From contig CAWKDB010000010.1 in the NCBI GenBank assembly GCA_963848295.1, forward strand, positions 3,296,001 through 3,360,000: 64,000 nucleotides of DNA, written 5' to 3'. Source of the stretch: an uncultured delta proteobacterium (lineage in GTDB: Bacteria; Myxococcota_A; Polyangia; Haliangiales; Haliangiaceae). Of the stretch, positions 29,667-39,763 are shown piece after piece; positions within the stretch are counted from its first letter, which is position 1, and each line of letters begins with the position of its first letter. The translations under genes were made by a program, and so were the position numbers. The notes under the pieces were generated by a model. The model was not told the origin of the DNA, ran no database searches, and saw only the letters and a list, made by a program, of their open reading frames with translations.

Positions 29667-30575
29667 CTACATGCAGCTGCGAGTCGCGGTCCAGATGTCG
29701 GTCGAGCCCGAGCGATCGGTCGAGTACAGCACCGTGCTGCCGTCCTCGCTCAGATCCGCGTCGTCGTCATTGTTGTTCGTCTCGAGCGCCGGGACCGCGA
29801 CGGGCACGGAAAAGTTGTCGGCGCGTGCCGCGCGGGTCGAGATGAACAGGTCGTAGCCGCCGACATCGGGCGTGCGCTCCGAACCGAGCATCACGGTGAG
29901 CCCATCCGCCGAGATCGTCGCGCCGCGATCGGAGGCGGTGCTGTTGACCGCGCGCAGGTCGGTGACCGTGAACGGGTCGGCGGTCGTAGCCCGGGTCGCG
30001 AGATAGAGATCGTCGCTGCCGAGTCCCCCCGCGCGATCCGAGCGCAACACCATCGTCAAGCCGTCGGCGGTGATCGCCGGCGTGTCGTCGTTCGCAGACG
30101 AATTCAGCTCCGTGACCGGTGACGCGGCGCCGAACGCATCGCCGATCGCGGGCCGAGTCGCGACGAAGATGTCGAGCGTGTCATCCGACGAGGCCATCGT
30201 GCTCGAAAAGTACAGCGTCAGCGCGTCGTGCGTCAGTGCGGGCCCATATTCGTCTCCGCTGGTGTTCAGCTCCGCGACGTTCGCGATCTGACCGAACGCG
30301 TCCGCGGTCGACGCGCGTGTCGCGCGATACAGGTCGAAGCCACCGCGGCCGCCGGCGCGATCACTCGAGAAGAATAGCTCGAGCCCGTTCGGGCTCAGGT
30401 CGGCGGCCCACTCGGTGCTCGCCGAGTTGACCGCGTCGAGCGGCGTCGGCGTTCCGAATGGTCCGTAGGCGCACGTCGGTGCGTCGCCGAGCATGGCGCC
30501 GCCGTCGCGATCGGCGAAATCGATGCGGCCGCACGCGGCTACCCAAAACCCGAGCATGGCGCAGCGGACCATCAT
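29667..30575 (-). CDS. PD40-repeat beta-propeller lipoprotein
   Basis: CGRIDF lipoprotein start; repeated LSxDGLxLxFSSDR...DLYxATR. Confidence 0.85.
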   Translation of the reverse strand: MMVRCAMLGFWVAACGRIDFADRDGGAMLGDAPTCAYGPFGTPTPLDAVNSASTEWAADLSPNGLELFFSSDRAGGRGGFDLYRATRASTADAFGQIANVAELNTSGDEYGPALTHDALTLYFSSTMASSDDTLDIFVATRPAIGDAFGAASPVTELNSSANDDTPAITADGLTMVLRSDRAGGLGSDDLYLATRATTADPFTVTDLRAVNSTASDRGATISADGLTVMLGSERTPDVGGYDLFISTRAARADNFSVPVAVPALETNNNDDDADLSEDGSTVLYSTDRSGSTDIWTATRSCM

Positions 30576-31204
30576 GCCGCGGACAACGTTCTTAGGAACA
30601 CCTCGGTCTCGTGGAGCAATCGCGGCAAGGATGCGACCAGCTCGTGGCCGTCGTCGAGCTCGACCAGCCGTGCGGTCGCGCAGCCGGCGACGAACGCTCG
30701 AGACGAGCCGATCGCGACGACGTCGTCACGCGTGCCGTGCAGCACCAACGTCGGCACCGTCACGCGCGGAAACCCGACGTCGATCGCGGCGGCATCCTCG
30801 ACGAAGCCGAAGTCGACCCGGGCCGGCGCGTTCGTCGTGTAATCTGTGACCTCGCGCCAGCCGGTGCGTTGCCAGTCGTCCCACGCCGGCCCGAGCGTGT
30901 CGCGCCAGCGAGCGGCGAGTTGAAACGCCGGCGCGAGCAAGACGAGCCCGATCACGCGCGGATCGCGCTCGGCAACGCGAGCGGCAGCCAGGCCACCGAG
31001 GCTCGAGCCGATCAAGATCGCCCCGTCGCCCAGCTCGCCGCACACCTTCTCGATCATCGCGGAGAGCCGGAGATGCTCGAGCGATGGCACGCGCAGGTCG
31101 AGACGCTCGAGCTCGACGCCTCGTTCGGCGAAGTGGCGCGCGAACGCCACGCCCTTCGTCGAGGCTGGACCCGACGCGAAGCCGTGGAGATACAAGACGC
31201 GCAT
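30572..31204 (-). CDS. YqiA/YcfP-family esterase
   Basis: LYLHGFAS, GSSLGG, HGTRDDVV, DDGH. Confidence 0.88.
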   Translation of the reverse strand: MRVLYLHGFASGPASTKGVAFARHFAERGVELERLDLRVPSLEHLRLSAMIEKVCGELGDGAILIGSSLGGLAAARVAERDPRVIGLVLLAPAFQLAARWRDTLGPAWDDWQRTGWREVTDYTTNAPARVDFGFVEDAAAIDVGFPRVTVPTLVLHGTRDDVVAIGSSRAFVAGCATARLVELDDGHELVASLPRLLHETEVFLRTLSAA

Positions 31205-31250
31205 CTCCGCAGCATAACCGTTGTAGTGTGCCGGCGGACCAAGCCAGGCG

Positions 31251-31895
31251 ATGAACGAAGCCGATCTCAAGTTCGCGGTGGTCGCGCTCTCGGCGATGTT
31301 CTTCGTGATCGATCCGATCGCGAACGTGCCGGTCTACCTGACGATCACGAGCTCGTTCGGCGAGGACCAGCGCAAGCGGATCGCGGCGCGCGGCGCGTTT
31401 GCGGCCTGGGTGCTGCTCTGCGTGTTCGCCGCTGCCGGCGGGCTGATCTTTCAAGCCTTCGGGATTTCGCTCGGCGCGTTCAAGATCGCAGGCGGCCTCA
31501 TGTTGTTGCTGATGTCGATCGACATGATGCGAGCGCAACCATCGCGCACGCGAACCTCGAGCGAAGAGCAAGCCGAGAGCCGGGAACGCGAAGACATCGC
31601 GATCTTTCCGCTCGCGACGCCAATGCTCGCCGGACCAGGCGCGATCGCGACCGTGATGGTGCTGATGAGCCGCGCCGCGTGGCATCCGATCGCGACGATC
31701 TCGGTGTTCACCGCGGTCACGCTGACCTGCGGCGCGTCGTGGCTGTTGATGCGCAGCGCAGCCCACGCCGAACGCTGGCTACCGAAGACGCTGTTGCGCG
31801 CGCTCGAGCGCGTCATGGGCTTGTTGCTCGCGGCGGTCGCGGTCGAGTTCGTCGCCGGCGGCGTCCACGACATGATCCGGTTGTACGGTGGGTAA
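31251..31895 (+). CDS. MarC-family membrane protein
   Basis: IDPIANVP, FGISLGAFKIAGG, PLATPMLAGPG, RVMGLLL. Confidence 0.92.
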   Translation: MNEADLKFAVVALSAMFFVIDPIANVPVYLTITSSFGEDQRKRIAARGAFAAWVLLCVFAAAGGLIFQAFGISLGAFKIAGGLMLLLMSIDMMRAQPSRTRTSSEEQAESREREDIAIFPLATPMLAGPGAIATVMVLMSRAAWHPIATISVFTAVTLTCGASWLLMRSAAHAERWLPKTLLRALERVMGLLLAAVAVEFVAGGVHDMIRLYGG

Positions 31896-31947
31896 CCCGG
31901 AGGAGACCGGAGCCCGGAGGCAAACGGTCGTCTGAGCGGCAGGCCTC

Positions 31948-33294
31948 TTACTGCTGCACGTACTCGTCGGCGCCGATATCGCTCGCCGAGCCGTTGGGTC
32001 GCGCGTCGCCGTCGAAGTCGATCGCATTCGTCGACGCGGGATCGGCCCTGTCGATCGCGGGTGAGCCTGCGCCGAGATGGAAGTTGGTGGCGCCGACGAA
32101 CTGCGGGTCTCCGACGAGGTTGTTGTTCCCGGCCAGCAAGAGCGTGTCGGCCAGTGAGTAGTTCGCCGCACAGGTGGTGCTGACCGCGTTGCCCGCGAAG
32201 ATCGAATCGGCGAGCGTCCCGCCGAGACCACACTCGGCACCGGGATCGACGCTGAGGTCACCGCCGGCTTGATTCTCCGCGACCGTGTTGAACGCGAACC
32301 GGTTCGTCGAGCCGATCGAGGCGTTCAGCAGATCTACCCCGGACGCCTTGGTCGTCGCCCCGCCGTTGAGCGTGATGAAGCTGTTCGTGATGTCGTAGAG
32401 CGCGGAGGCGCTGACTCGGATTCCGCCGCCGGCGTTGTTCGTGATCTGCGAACGCTCGATGACCAGCATGCCGCCCGCGACCATCACGGCCGGCTCCGCC
32501 GCGCCGCTGCCGTGAACGATCGACTGGACCAACTGGACGGTGCTGCTGCCAGCGCAATCGATCGCGCCGGTCTTGCTCGACTGGATGTCGACGTTGTAGA
32601 GCGCGAGTGAAGCACCGCCTTGAATGCGGACGTCCTCGGTCGACGCCTCGGCGAACGTGACGCCTTCGACGACCACCGAGCCGGTGCGGACCTCGATCAC
32701 GTGATCGTACGTGCCACCGTCGCTCGTGAACAGGAACGTCGCGTTGCCGCCGGGGCCGGCCACGTTGCCGCTCGTCTTGGCACCCGCACCCGAGATCAGC
32801 ACGTTCGCTGGACCTTCGATGATGAACGAGTCGGAGTACGTGCCGTCGCCGACCGCGATCGCATAGCGCGTGGCATCGACGAGCGTGATCGCGTGCGACA
32901 CGGTTGCGCACGGATCGGCCTGATCGCACGTCGCGTTGTCGACACCTGCGGCCGTGACGAACAGCGAGGAGCTCGCGGCGATACACGTACCGGTCGACTC
33001 CGAGCACACTCCGCTGGCGCACTCGATATCGCCGAGACACCCGCGGCAGGCGCCGGTCGTGGCGCAAACCGGCGTCGCGCCGTTGCACATCGAGTTGTCC
33101 GTGCACGCTGGTACGATCGAGTCGCTGCCGGTCCCGCCATCGCCGAGCGACGCGGAGGTCACGCACGTGTCGGACAGCGGATCGCAGACCAGGCCGCTCG
33201 GGCACGTGCCGTCGATCGAGCACGGGGCTCCCGCGGCGGGTACGCCGCTGTAGCACCCGCACACCACCGCGAGTCCGACGAGGACAGCCCTCAC
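31948..33294 (-). CDS. Cys-rich secreted protein with right-handed beta-helix region
   Basis: Cys-rich N-terminus, PCATV, NNAGGGI, C-terminal SPAID...D.DGDAR...DIGADE. Confidence 0.8.
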   Translation of the reverse strand: MRAVLVGLAVVCGCYSGVPAAGAPCSIDGTCPSGLVCDPLSDTCVTSASLGDGGTGSDSIVPACTDNSMCNGATPVCATTGACRGCLGDIECASGVCSESTGTCIAASSSLFVTAAGVDNATCDQADPCATVSHAITLVDATRYAIAVGDGTYSDSFIIEGPANVLISGAGAKTSGNVAGPGGNATFLFTSDGGTYDHVIEVRTGSVVVEGVTFAEASTEDVRIQGGASLALYNVDIQSSKTGAIDCAGSSTVQLVQSIVHGSGAAEPAVMVAGGMLVIERSQITNNAGGGIRVSASALYDITNSFITLNGGATTKASGVDLLNASIGSTNRFAFNTVAENQAGGDLSVDPGAECGLGGTLADSIFAGNAVSTTCAANYSLADTLLLAGNNNLVGDPQFVGATNFHLGAGSPAIDRADPASTNAIDFDGDARPNGSASDIGADEYVQQ

Positions 33295-33360
33295 CGTGCC
33301 ACGATAACACGGGACGAGGTGGCGATTCGCAACTACCAAAGCGTGGCATGCTCCACAGCC

Positions 33361-33813
33361 ATGAAACGGATCTTGTTGTTAGTCCTCGCGCTCGGGGCGT
33401 GTGGTCAAAGCGCAGAACCCAAGACCGCCGCCATGGCGCCGAAGTCGTGCGACAACGTCGCCGATCACGTCGTCTCGCTGATGTCAGCGTCGGCGAAATC
33501 TCCGGAAGATGTCGATCCATTCCGCCGGATCATCGCGAAGCGCTGCAGCGAAGACGCGTGGAGCGCAGACGCGCAGCAGTGCATGCTGTCGATCAAGTCG
33601 CTCGACGAAGGCAACGCGTGCGAGAAGCAGCTGACCGAGGCGCAGGCAAAGGCGTTCGAGGCCGACACGCAGACGGCCGCTGCCAAGCTCGGCGGTAGCG
33701 CGCCGCCGCCGCCGAGCGCCGCTACCGCACCCGGTGATCCGCCGGCGGCACAACCGGCGATGGCCAAGCACAAAGCGGCGAATAGCAGCGACCCCGACGA
33801 AGGCGGCGACTGA
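33361..33813 (+). CDS. Small Cys-containing lipoprotein
   Basis: Lipobox LGAC. Confidence 0.75.
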   Translation: MKRILLLVLALGACGQSAEPKTAAMAPKSCDNVADHVVSLMSASAKSPEDVDPFRRIIAKRCSEDAWSADAQQCMLSIKSLDEGNACEKQLTEAQAKAFEADTQTAAAKLGGSAPPPPSAATAPGDPPAAQPAMAKHKAANSSDPDEGGD

Positions 33814-33831
33814 GCTGGCGAGCGAGGAGCC

Positions 33832-34284
33832 GTGCGAGCGGTCGAGATGATCGTCGCAACGATCGCCGCGACGGGTTGTGCGGCGTCGCACGTACAGGCT
33901 CCGCGGGTGCCGCGGACGCGACCGACGATCGCCGTGCTCGGGATCGAGGCGGCCGACCGAGACGCTGCGGTCGCGCGCGAGCTCACCGCGGCGTTGCGCG
34001 CCGAAGCCGCATCGCCTCGATCGCGCTATGCGTTGGCGCCACATCGCGAGCGCGAGCTGGCGGAGATGAAGGACCTCGCGAACTGCGCGAACGAGTCGGC
34101 ATCGTGTATGGCGGACATCGGCGCCGACCTCGAGGTCGACTTCATGATCTACGGTCGGCTCGACCACGGCACCGTCAAGCTCGAGCTTATGGATGTGGCC
34201 AAACGGTTCAATCGACGCGCCATCACGGTGCCGATCGCACCCGCCGGGCCGCTCTACGCGCGGCTCGGCGCCACCGTCGATTGA
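33832..34284 (+). CDS. Hypothetical lipoprotein whose stop codon lies within the first 57-bp repeat unit
   Basis: ATGC lipobox-like start; IAVLGIE; C-x5-C motif. Confidence 0.6.
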   Translation: MRAVEMIVATIAATGCAASHVQAPRVPRTRPTIAVLGIEAADRDAAVARELTAALRAEAASPRSRYALAPHRERELAEMKDLANCANESASCMADIGADLEVDFMIYGRLDHGTVKLELMDVAKRFNRRAITVPIAPAGPLYARLGATVD

Positions 34285-34482
34285 ACCGCGTCGCCATGCG
34301 GCGTCGCTGCTGGCGGCGGGCAAGCCGCCACCGTCGATCGAACCGCGCCGCCATGCGGCGTCGCTGCCGGCGGCGGGCAAGCCGCCACCGTCGATCGAAC
34401 CGCGCCGCCATGCGGCGTCGCTGCCGGCGGCGGGCAAGCCGCCACCGTCGATCGAACCGCGCCGCCATGCGGCGTCGCTGCC
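34276..34482 (+). repeat. Tandem array of the 57-bp element (~3.6 units)
   Basis: Units start at 34276, 34333, 34390 and 34447. Unit: GTCGATCGAACCGCGCCGCCATGCGGCGTCGCTGCCGGCGGCGGGCAAGCCGCCACC. Confidence 0.97.
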
Positions 34483-34537
34483 CCCGCCGTCGAGTAATCC
34501 TTTCGCGCGCTGACGCTAGCGTGCTAGGTCTGGCGCT

Positions 34538-36718
34538 ATGTCGGCCGTCGCGCGAGCGCTGTTTTCGTACCGCCCATACTGGGCGGAGCGATTCGGTACG
34601 GCGACGTTCCTGCCGACGACCCGCGCCGAGCTGGACGAGCTTGGCTGGGATAGCTGCGACATCATCCTCGTCACCGGCGACGCGTACATCGATCATCCGA
34701 GCTTCGGCATGGCGCTGGTCGGACGCTTGCTCGAGTCGCACGGCTTTCGAGTCGGCATCCTCGATCAACCCGGGTGGCGAGACCCGGATACGTTTCGCGC
34801 GCTCGGTCCGCCAAATCTATTTTGGGGCGTGACCGCCGGCAACATGGATTCGATGGTCAATCGCTACACCAGCGATCGCAAAGTGCGCTCGGACGACGCC
34901 TACTCGCCCGATGCGCGCGCCGGCCTGCGCCCCGACCGGTCGGTGCTGGTCTATACGCAGCGCTGTCGCGAAGCGTTCCCGGATCAGCCGACGCCGGTCG
35001 TGATCGGCGGCATCGAAGCGAGCCTGCGACGAATCGCGCACTACGACTACTGGTCGGACAAGGTGCGGCGCTCGGTGCTCGCGGAGTCGCGCGCGGACTT
35101 GCTCGTCTACGGCAACGCCGAGCGCGCGATCGTCGAGCTCGCTCATCGCCTCGCAGCGGGCACGCCGATCGGCGAGGTCCGCGATCTGCGCGGCACGTCG
35201 TATCTCATGCCGGCGGGCGCGAAGACCGGCGACTGGGTCGAGGTCGACTCGTCGACCGTCGACGCGCCGGGCAAGGTCGATCCGCCGCGCGATCCGTATG
35301 CGACGGAGGACGAGCGCAAGGCGGCACCGTGCGCGACCGGACAAACCTCCGCACCCGCGCCGCTCGTCCAGCTGCGCCCGCGCAAGGTCGATCGTGCACG
35401 CCAAGTCATCAGGATGCCGAGCTTGGAGCAGGTCACTGCGGATCCGGTGCTGTACGCACACGCGTCGCGCATCCTTCACCTCGAGTCGAATCCGGGCAAC
35501 GCGCGCGCCCTCGTGCAACGCCACGCCAAGACCGACGTCTGGATCAACCCGCCGCCCGAGCCCCTGACCACGCCGGAGATGGACGCGCTCTACGAGCTGC
35601 CTTTCCAGCGCATCCCGCACCCGCGACATCAGGCCGCGAAGATCCCCGCGTTCGAGATGATCAAGCACTCGGTGACGATCCTGCGCGGCTGTTTCGGCGG
35701 CTGCAGCTTCTGCTCGATCACCGAGCACGAGGGCCGGATCATTCAGAGCCGCTCGGAGCAGTCGATCTTGCGCGAGGTCGCACAGATCCGCGACAAGGCG
35801 CCCGGGTTCACCGGCAACATCAGCGACCTCGGTGGCCCGACCGCGAACATGTATCGGATGGCGTGCAAGAGCCGGGAGATCGAGGCCGCTTGCCGCAAGC
35901 CGTCGTGCGTGTTCCCCGACATCTGCGACAACCTCGGCACCGATCACACGCCGCTCGTGTCGCTCTATCGCAAGGCGCGCGCGATTCCGGGCGTGAAGCG
36001 GATCTTCATCGCATCCGGCGTGCGCTACGACCTCGCGGTCCGCTCGCCCGAATGGATCCGCGAGCTCGCGCAGCACCACACCGGCGGCTACTTGAAGATC
36101 GCGCCCGAGCATACCGAACAGGGCCCGCTCGAGCACATGATGAAACCGGGCATCGGCGCGTACGATCGCTTCAAAGAGTTGTTCGACCGATACTCGAAGG
36201 AAGCCGGGAAAGAGCAGTACTTGATTCCGTACTTCATCGCCGCGCACCCGGGCACGACGGATGAAGACATGTTGAACCTCGCGCTCTGGCTCAAGCGCAA
36301 CGGCTTCCGACCAGACCAAGTGCAAGCCTTCCTGCCGTCGCCGATGGCTAGCGCGACCGCGATGTATCACACGGGGTTCTCCCCGCTGCGCTCGCTCAAG
36401 GCCAGGCGGCGCGTCCACGTCGTCAAAGACCTCGCGCAACGCCGGCTACACAAGGCGTTCTTGCGCTACCACGATCCGAACAACTGGCCGATGCTGCGCG
36501 ACGCTCTGCAGCGCATGGGTCGCGCCGACCTCATCGGCGGCGGCAAGAACCACCTCGTGCCGGCGTGGCAACCCACTCACACTGGCTCGGGCGCGAACGC
36601 AAGCCGTGGCCAGTCGCGCGATGGCGCCGACGGCGGCGGCGAAGGTCACCGACGCAAGATCCGCAAGGGCACCGCGTTGACCCAGCACACGGGTTTGCCA
36701 CCGCGCAAGCACCGCTGA
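34538..36718 (+). CDS. ygiQ: YgiQ-family radical SAM protein
   Basis: [45 protein letters not shown]. Confidence 0.93.
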   Translation: MSAVARALFSYRPYWAERFGTATFLPTTRAELDELGWDSCDIILVTGDAYIDHPSFGMALVGRLLESHGFRVGILDQPGWRDPDTFRALGPPNLFWGVTAGNMDSMVNRYTSDRKVRSDDAYSPDARAGLRPDRSVLVYTQRCREAFPDQPTPVVIGGIEASLRRIAHYDYWSDKVRRSVLAESRADLLVYGNAERAIVELAHRLAAGTPIGEVRDLRGTSYLMPAGAKTGDWVEVDSSTVDAPGKVDPPRDPYATEDERKAAPCATGQTSAPAPLVQLRPRKVDRARQVIRMPSLEQVTADPVLYAHASRILHLESNPGNARALVQRHAKTDVWINPPPEPLTTPEMDALYELPFQRIPHPRHQAAKIPAFEMIKHSVTILRGCFGGCSFCSITEHEGRIIQSRSEQSILREVAQIRDKAPGFTGNISDLGGPTANMYRMACKSREIEAACRKPSCVFPDICDNLGTDHTPLVSLYRKARAIPGVKRIFIASGVRYDLAVRSPEWIRELAQHHTGGYLKIAPEHTEQGPLEHMMKPGIGAYDRFKELFDRYSKEAGKEQYLIPYFIAAHPGTTDEDMLNLALWLKRNGFRPDQVQAFLPSPMASATAMYHTGFSPLRSLKARRRVHVVKDLAQRRLHKAFLRYHDPNNWPMLRDALQRMGRADLIGGGKNHLVPAWQPTHTGSGANASRGQSRDGADGGGEGHRRKIRKGTALTQHTGLPPRKHR

Positions 36719-36782
36719 TCGCACGAACTAACGCGCGGCGCACGGCGCATCCGAGCGTTGCCCGTCGGCCGCCCGGATTATT

Positions 36783-36798
36783 GACTGAACGTTCGTTC
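36783..36798. promoter_or_regulatory. Putative TetR operator (degenerate)
   Basis: GACTGAACGTTCGTTC, similar to the site at 36906; both are followed by GATAAA. Confidence 0.6.
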
Positions 36799-36905
36799 GA
36801 TAAATGTCTGAAAGCCATGAAAGATACGACGCGCGTGAGGGGTCGTCCAGGTCTCGAGCAAGAAACCGCGTGACAGCGCCGAAGCTGCGAGCTACAACAC
36901 AAATA

Positions 36906-36921
36906 GAATGAATGTTCATTC
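36906..36921. promoter_or_regulatory. Putative TetR operator
   Basis: Perfect inverted repeat GAATGAA-TG-TTCATTC upstream of the TetR gene. Confidence 0.7.
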
Positions 36922-36930
36922 GATAAAATA

Positions 36931-37057
36931 CGCAACGGGTCGGACCGCAACGGGTCGGACCGCAACGGGTCGGACCGCAACGGGTCGGACCGCGACGGGT
37001 CGGACCGCGACGGGTCGGACCGCGACGCGGCGGACCGCGACGGGGCGGACCGCGACG
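36931..37057 (+). repeat. 15-bp minisatellite, ~8.5 copies
   Basis: Tandem CGC(A/G)ACGGGTCGGAC units. Confidence 0.97.
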
Positions 37058-37084
37058 ACTAGAGCGCGAGCGACGGCGGAGCGA

Positions 37085-37738
37085 GTGAGCCCGGCAACGC
37101 GAGGACGACCGCGGGTCGATGACAAGCGGCGGCGGATCTTGGATGCGGCGCTGCGCGTGTTTGCCGACCGCGGCTATCACGGCACGGCGGTGCCCGAAGT
37201 GGCAGAGGCTGCGACGGTTTCGACCGGGACCCTCTATCACTACTTCGCTTCGAAAGAGCGGCTGGTCAACGAGGTGTATCGCGATGCGAAGACCAGGCTC
37301 GCGACGGCGCTGCTCGGTGATCTGCCCGCGCCCGACCCTTATCAGCTCGACGCTGGCGAGGCGTGGTTCGCCGAGCTGTGGCGCCGGCTCGGAGCCTTCG
37401 CGGGCCGCGAGCCCGATGCGTTTCGGTTTCTAGAGATGCAAGACCACGCGCCGTACCTCGACGCCGAGAGCAAACAACTCGAGATCTCGGTGCTCGCTCC
37501 GCTGGTGCTCGTTGGTAACCGACTGAGCGCGCGCGGCGACGACGCGCTGCCGGTCGATGTCGCGATCGCGCTGTTGTGGGGCGCGTTCGTCGGTCTCGTC
37601 AAGGCGAGCCGGCTTGGCTATCTGAAGCTCGACGCGAAACGGCTCGAGCGCGCGGGTGTTGCGTGCTGGCGAATGCTCGCTCCGCAGCTGCCGCGCGCGA
37701 CCGGCCGCAGTAGTTCCGCACAACCTCGTAAAGGATGA
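37085..37738 (+). CDS. TetR/AcrR-family regulator
   Basis: RILDAALRVF...GYHGT...GTLYHYFASKE. An alternative in-frame start exists at 36908. Confidence 0.92.
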   Translation: MSPATRGRPRVDDKRRRILDAALRVFADRGYHGTAVPEVAEAATVSTGTLYHYFASKERLVNEVYRDAKTRLATALLGDLPAPDPYQLDAGEAWFAELWRRLGAFAGREPDAFRFLEMQDHAPYLDAESKQLEISVLAPLVLVGNRLSARGDDALPVDVAIALLWGAFVGLVKASRLGYLKLDAKRLERAGVACWRMLAPQLPRATGRSSSAQPRKG

Positions 37739-37742
37739 TCGC

Positions 37743-38300
37743 ATGACCCAACTCGCTACGTCCCATGTCACCACCGCTCGCCCGCCGTTTACCCTCGATG
37801 CGCTCGCGCGGCTGTCACACGACGCGCTCGATGCGCTCTATCGCAGCGCATCGGTGTCGACGACCATGCGTGCCGCCGATGGTGCGCTCGTCGGGCGCAT
37901 GCTCGCGGTCAAGGGCTTACCGGCTGCGCTCGCGAAGCCGTTGCGACGCTGGACCGGATCGCCGTCGTTCGTGTGGGAGGGCAAGTCGTTCGCGTCGACC
38001 AGCGATACCCGCGGGACCGGGATCAACCGCGTGAATGGCGCGGCCGTGCTCGGCCGCCAAACGCTGTTCGCGTTCGATACATCGTTCGGCCCGTCCGCGA
38101 TCGACGGCAAGCCGACGCTGATCCTCGACTACGACCTCGCGGTCAACCCGAGCTACATCCGCCACGTTCACGACGAAATTCGTGAGGTCTCGCCCGGGGT
38201 GTTCCTCGGCCCGGCGATGTGGAAGACCGCGACGAGCAAGCGCATGGTGCTGTGGTTCGCACTCGACGCCGCGCGCGCGGCGCGGTCGAGGCCGTCGTGA
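37743..38300 (+). CDS. Conserved hypothetical protein
   Basis: WEGKSF, DGKP.L.LDY, DEIREV.PG.FLG. Appears operonic with the TetR gene. Confidence 0.7.
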   Translation: MTQLATSHVTTARPPFTLDALARLSHDALDALYRSASVSTTMRAADGALVGRMLAVKGLPAALAKPLRRWTGSPSFVWEGKSFASTSDTRGTGINRVNGAAVLGRQTLFAFDTSFGPSAIDGKPTLILDYDLAVNPSYIRHVHDEIREVSPGVFLGPAMWKTATSKRMVLWFALDAARAARSRPS

Positions 38301-38402
38301 CCCCTGGCTCCGCGCTCGACTCGGCACGTGCCGGCCGGTCGAGGTCATCGTGAGCCAGGGCCACGCGCTGTGCGCGGTGCGTGTCGTTCCGTCGAGGACG
38401 TC

Positions 38403-39191
38403 GTGACCATCGCGGTCCAGGGCTACGACCATCTGCTGATCACTGGCGCCGCCGGAGCGATCGGTAGTGCGCTCGCCCGCGCGATGCACGCAGCATGGCC
38501 GCGCTGCGAGCTCGCGCTGATCGATCGCGATGGCGACGCACTGGCGGCTCTCGCGCGAGAGCTCGGCGGGCGAGCGAGCGTTCACGCTGGGGATCTACGC
38601 GACCTCGACGCGCTGCCAGCGATCGTCGCCGCGATCGAGCAGACGGCGCCGGTCGACGGACTCATCAACTGCGCCGGCGTCATGAAGGTGCAACACGTCT
38701 CGACGTGGCGGTGGAGCGACGCTCGCGACCTGATGACGATCGACCTGCTTGCTCCGCTGCGGCTGCAGGATCTCGTCGTGCGCGGCATGATCGAGCGCCG
38801 TCGGGGCGTGATCGTCAACGTCGCCAGCATGGCGGGGCGAGTGCCACTACGCGGCGCCGCGTACTACGGCGCATCGAAGGCGGGGCTCGCGATGGCCTCC
38901 GAGATCGCGCGTGCGGATCTCGCGCCGCACGGCGTGCGCGTCGTCACGGTGTATCCTGGGCCGGTCAAGTCAGCGCTGGAAGCGGGCGCGCGCGCGGCCT
39001 GGGGCGGCGGCGGCATCTTGGGACGCCTCGCCCGCAGCGGTGAACCGGACGAGCTCGCGCGCCGGATCATGAGGGCGATCGCAGTCGATGCGCCGCGCGT
39101 GATCTATCCGCGGCTCTATCGCGCAGGATGGGCCGCCACGAACCTCGCGAGCTGGTTTGCGCTGTCGTACGGCCCGCCGCCGATCGCTTGA
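38403..39191 (+). CDS. Short-chain dehydrogenase/reductase
   Basis: TGAAGAIG, NCAG, YGASK. Confidence 0.9.
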   Translation: MTIAVQGYDHLLITGAAGAIGSALARAMHAAWPRCELALIDRDGDALAALARELGGRASVHAGDLRDLDALPAIVAAIEQTAPVDGLINCAGVMKVQHVSTWRWSDARDLMTIDLLAPLRLQDLVVRGMIERRRGVIVNVASMAGRVPLRGAAYYGASKAGLAMASEIARADLAPHGVRVVTVYPGPVKSALEAGARAAWGGGGILGRLARSGEPDELARRIMRAIAVDAPRVIYPRLYRAGWAATNLASWFALSYGPPPIA

Positions 39192-39565
39192 TCGCGCGCG
39201 CCGGTGGCTGCCGCGGGCTCGCAGCGATCCCGATCGCGCGCGCCGGTGGCTGCCGCGGGCTCGCAGCGATCCCGATCGCGCGCGCCGGTGGCTGCCGCGG
39301 GCTCGCAGCGATCCCGATCGCGCGCGCCGGTGGCCGCCGCGGGCTCGCAGCGATCTCGATCGCGCGCATTGCCGGCGCGATCGCTGATCACGGGCTGCGG
39401 CGGCCCTTCGCGATCTCGGCGCGGTCGCTGATCACGGGCTGCGGTGGCCTCCGCGATCTCGGCGCGATCGCTGATCACGCGCTGCGGTGAGCTCCGCGAT
39501 CTCGGCGCGATCGCTGATCACGCGCTGCGGAGGCTTCCGGCGTCTCGACGCGATCGCTGATCGTA
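39190..39565 (+). repeat. Tandem array of 42-44-bp units in two related subtypes
   Basis: Four 42-bp units from 39190, then about four 43-44-bp units from 39376. Confidence 0.93.
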
Positions 39566-39763
39566 CGCGCCGTCGACCGCCGCGGTGTCGGAGCTCTCGT
39601 TGATCGAGCCGGACTCGAGCGCGACGGCATGCGAGCCTCCCGGGAGCGAGTCTCGAGATCGGCTTGACCGCGCAGGTGCTTGATTGCTTGACGTGGCCGG
39701 CGGACATCAGCGCACATCGGGCCTGTCTTGCCCGAGATCCGCTTGATATCCTCGGGCCTTCGC

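Noticed and set aside
34276..34482. CRISPR array
   Set aside because: The units are contiguous with no unique spacers, and there are no cas genes in the window.
39190..39565. CRISPR array
   Set aside because: Whole units are repeated, so the variable parts are not unique spacers.
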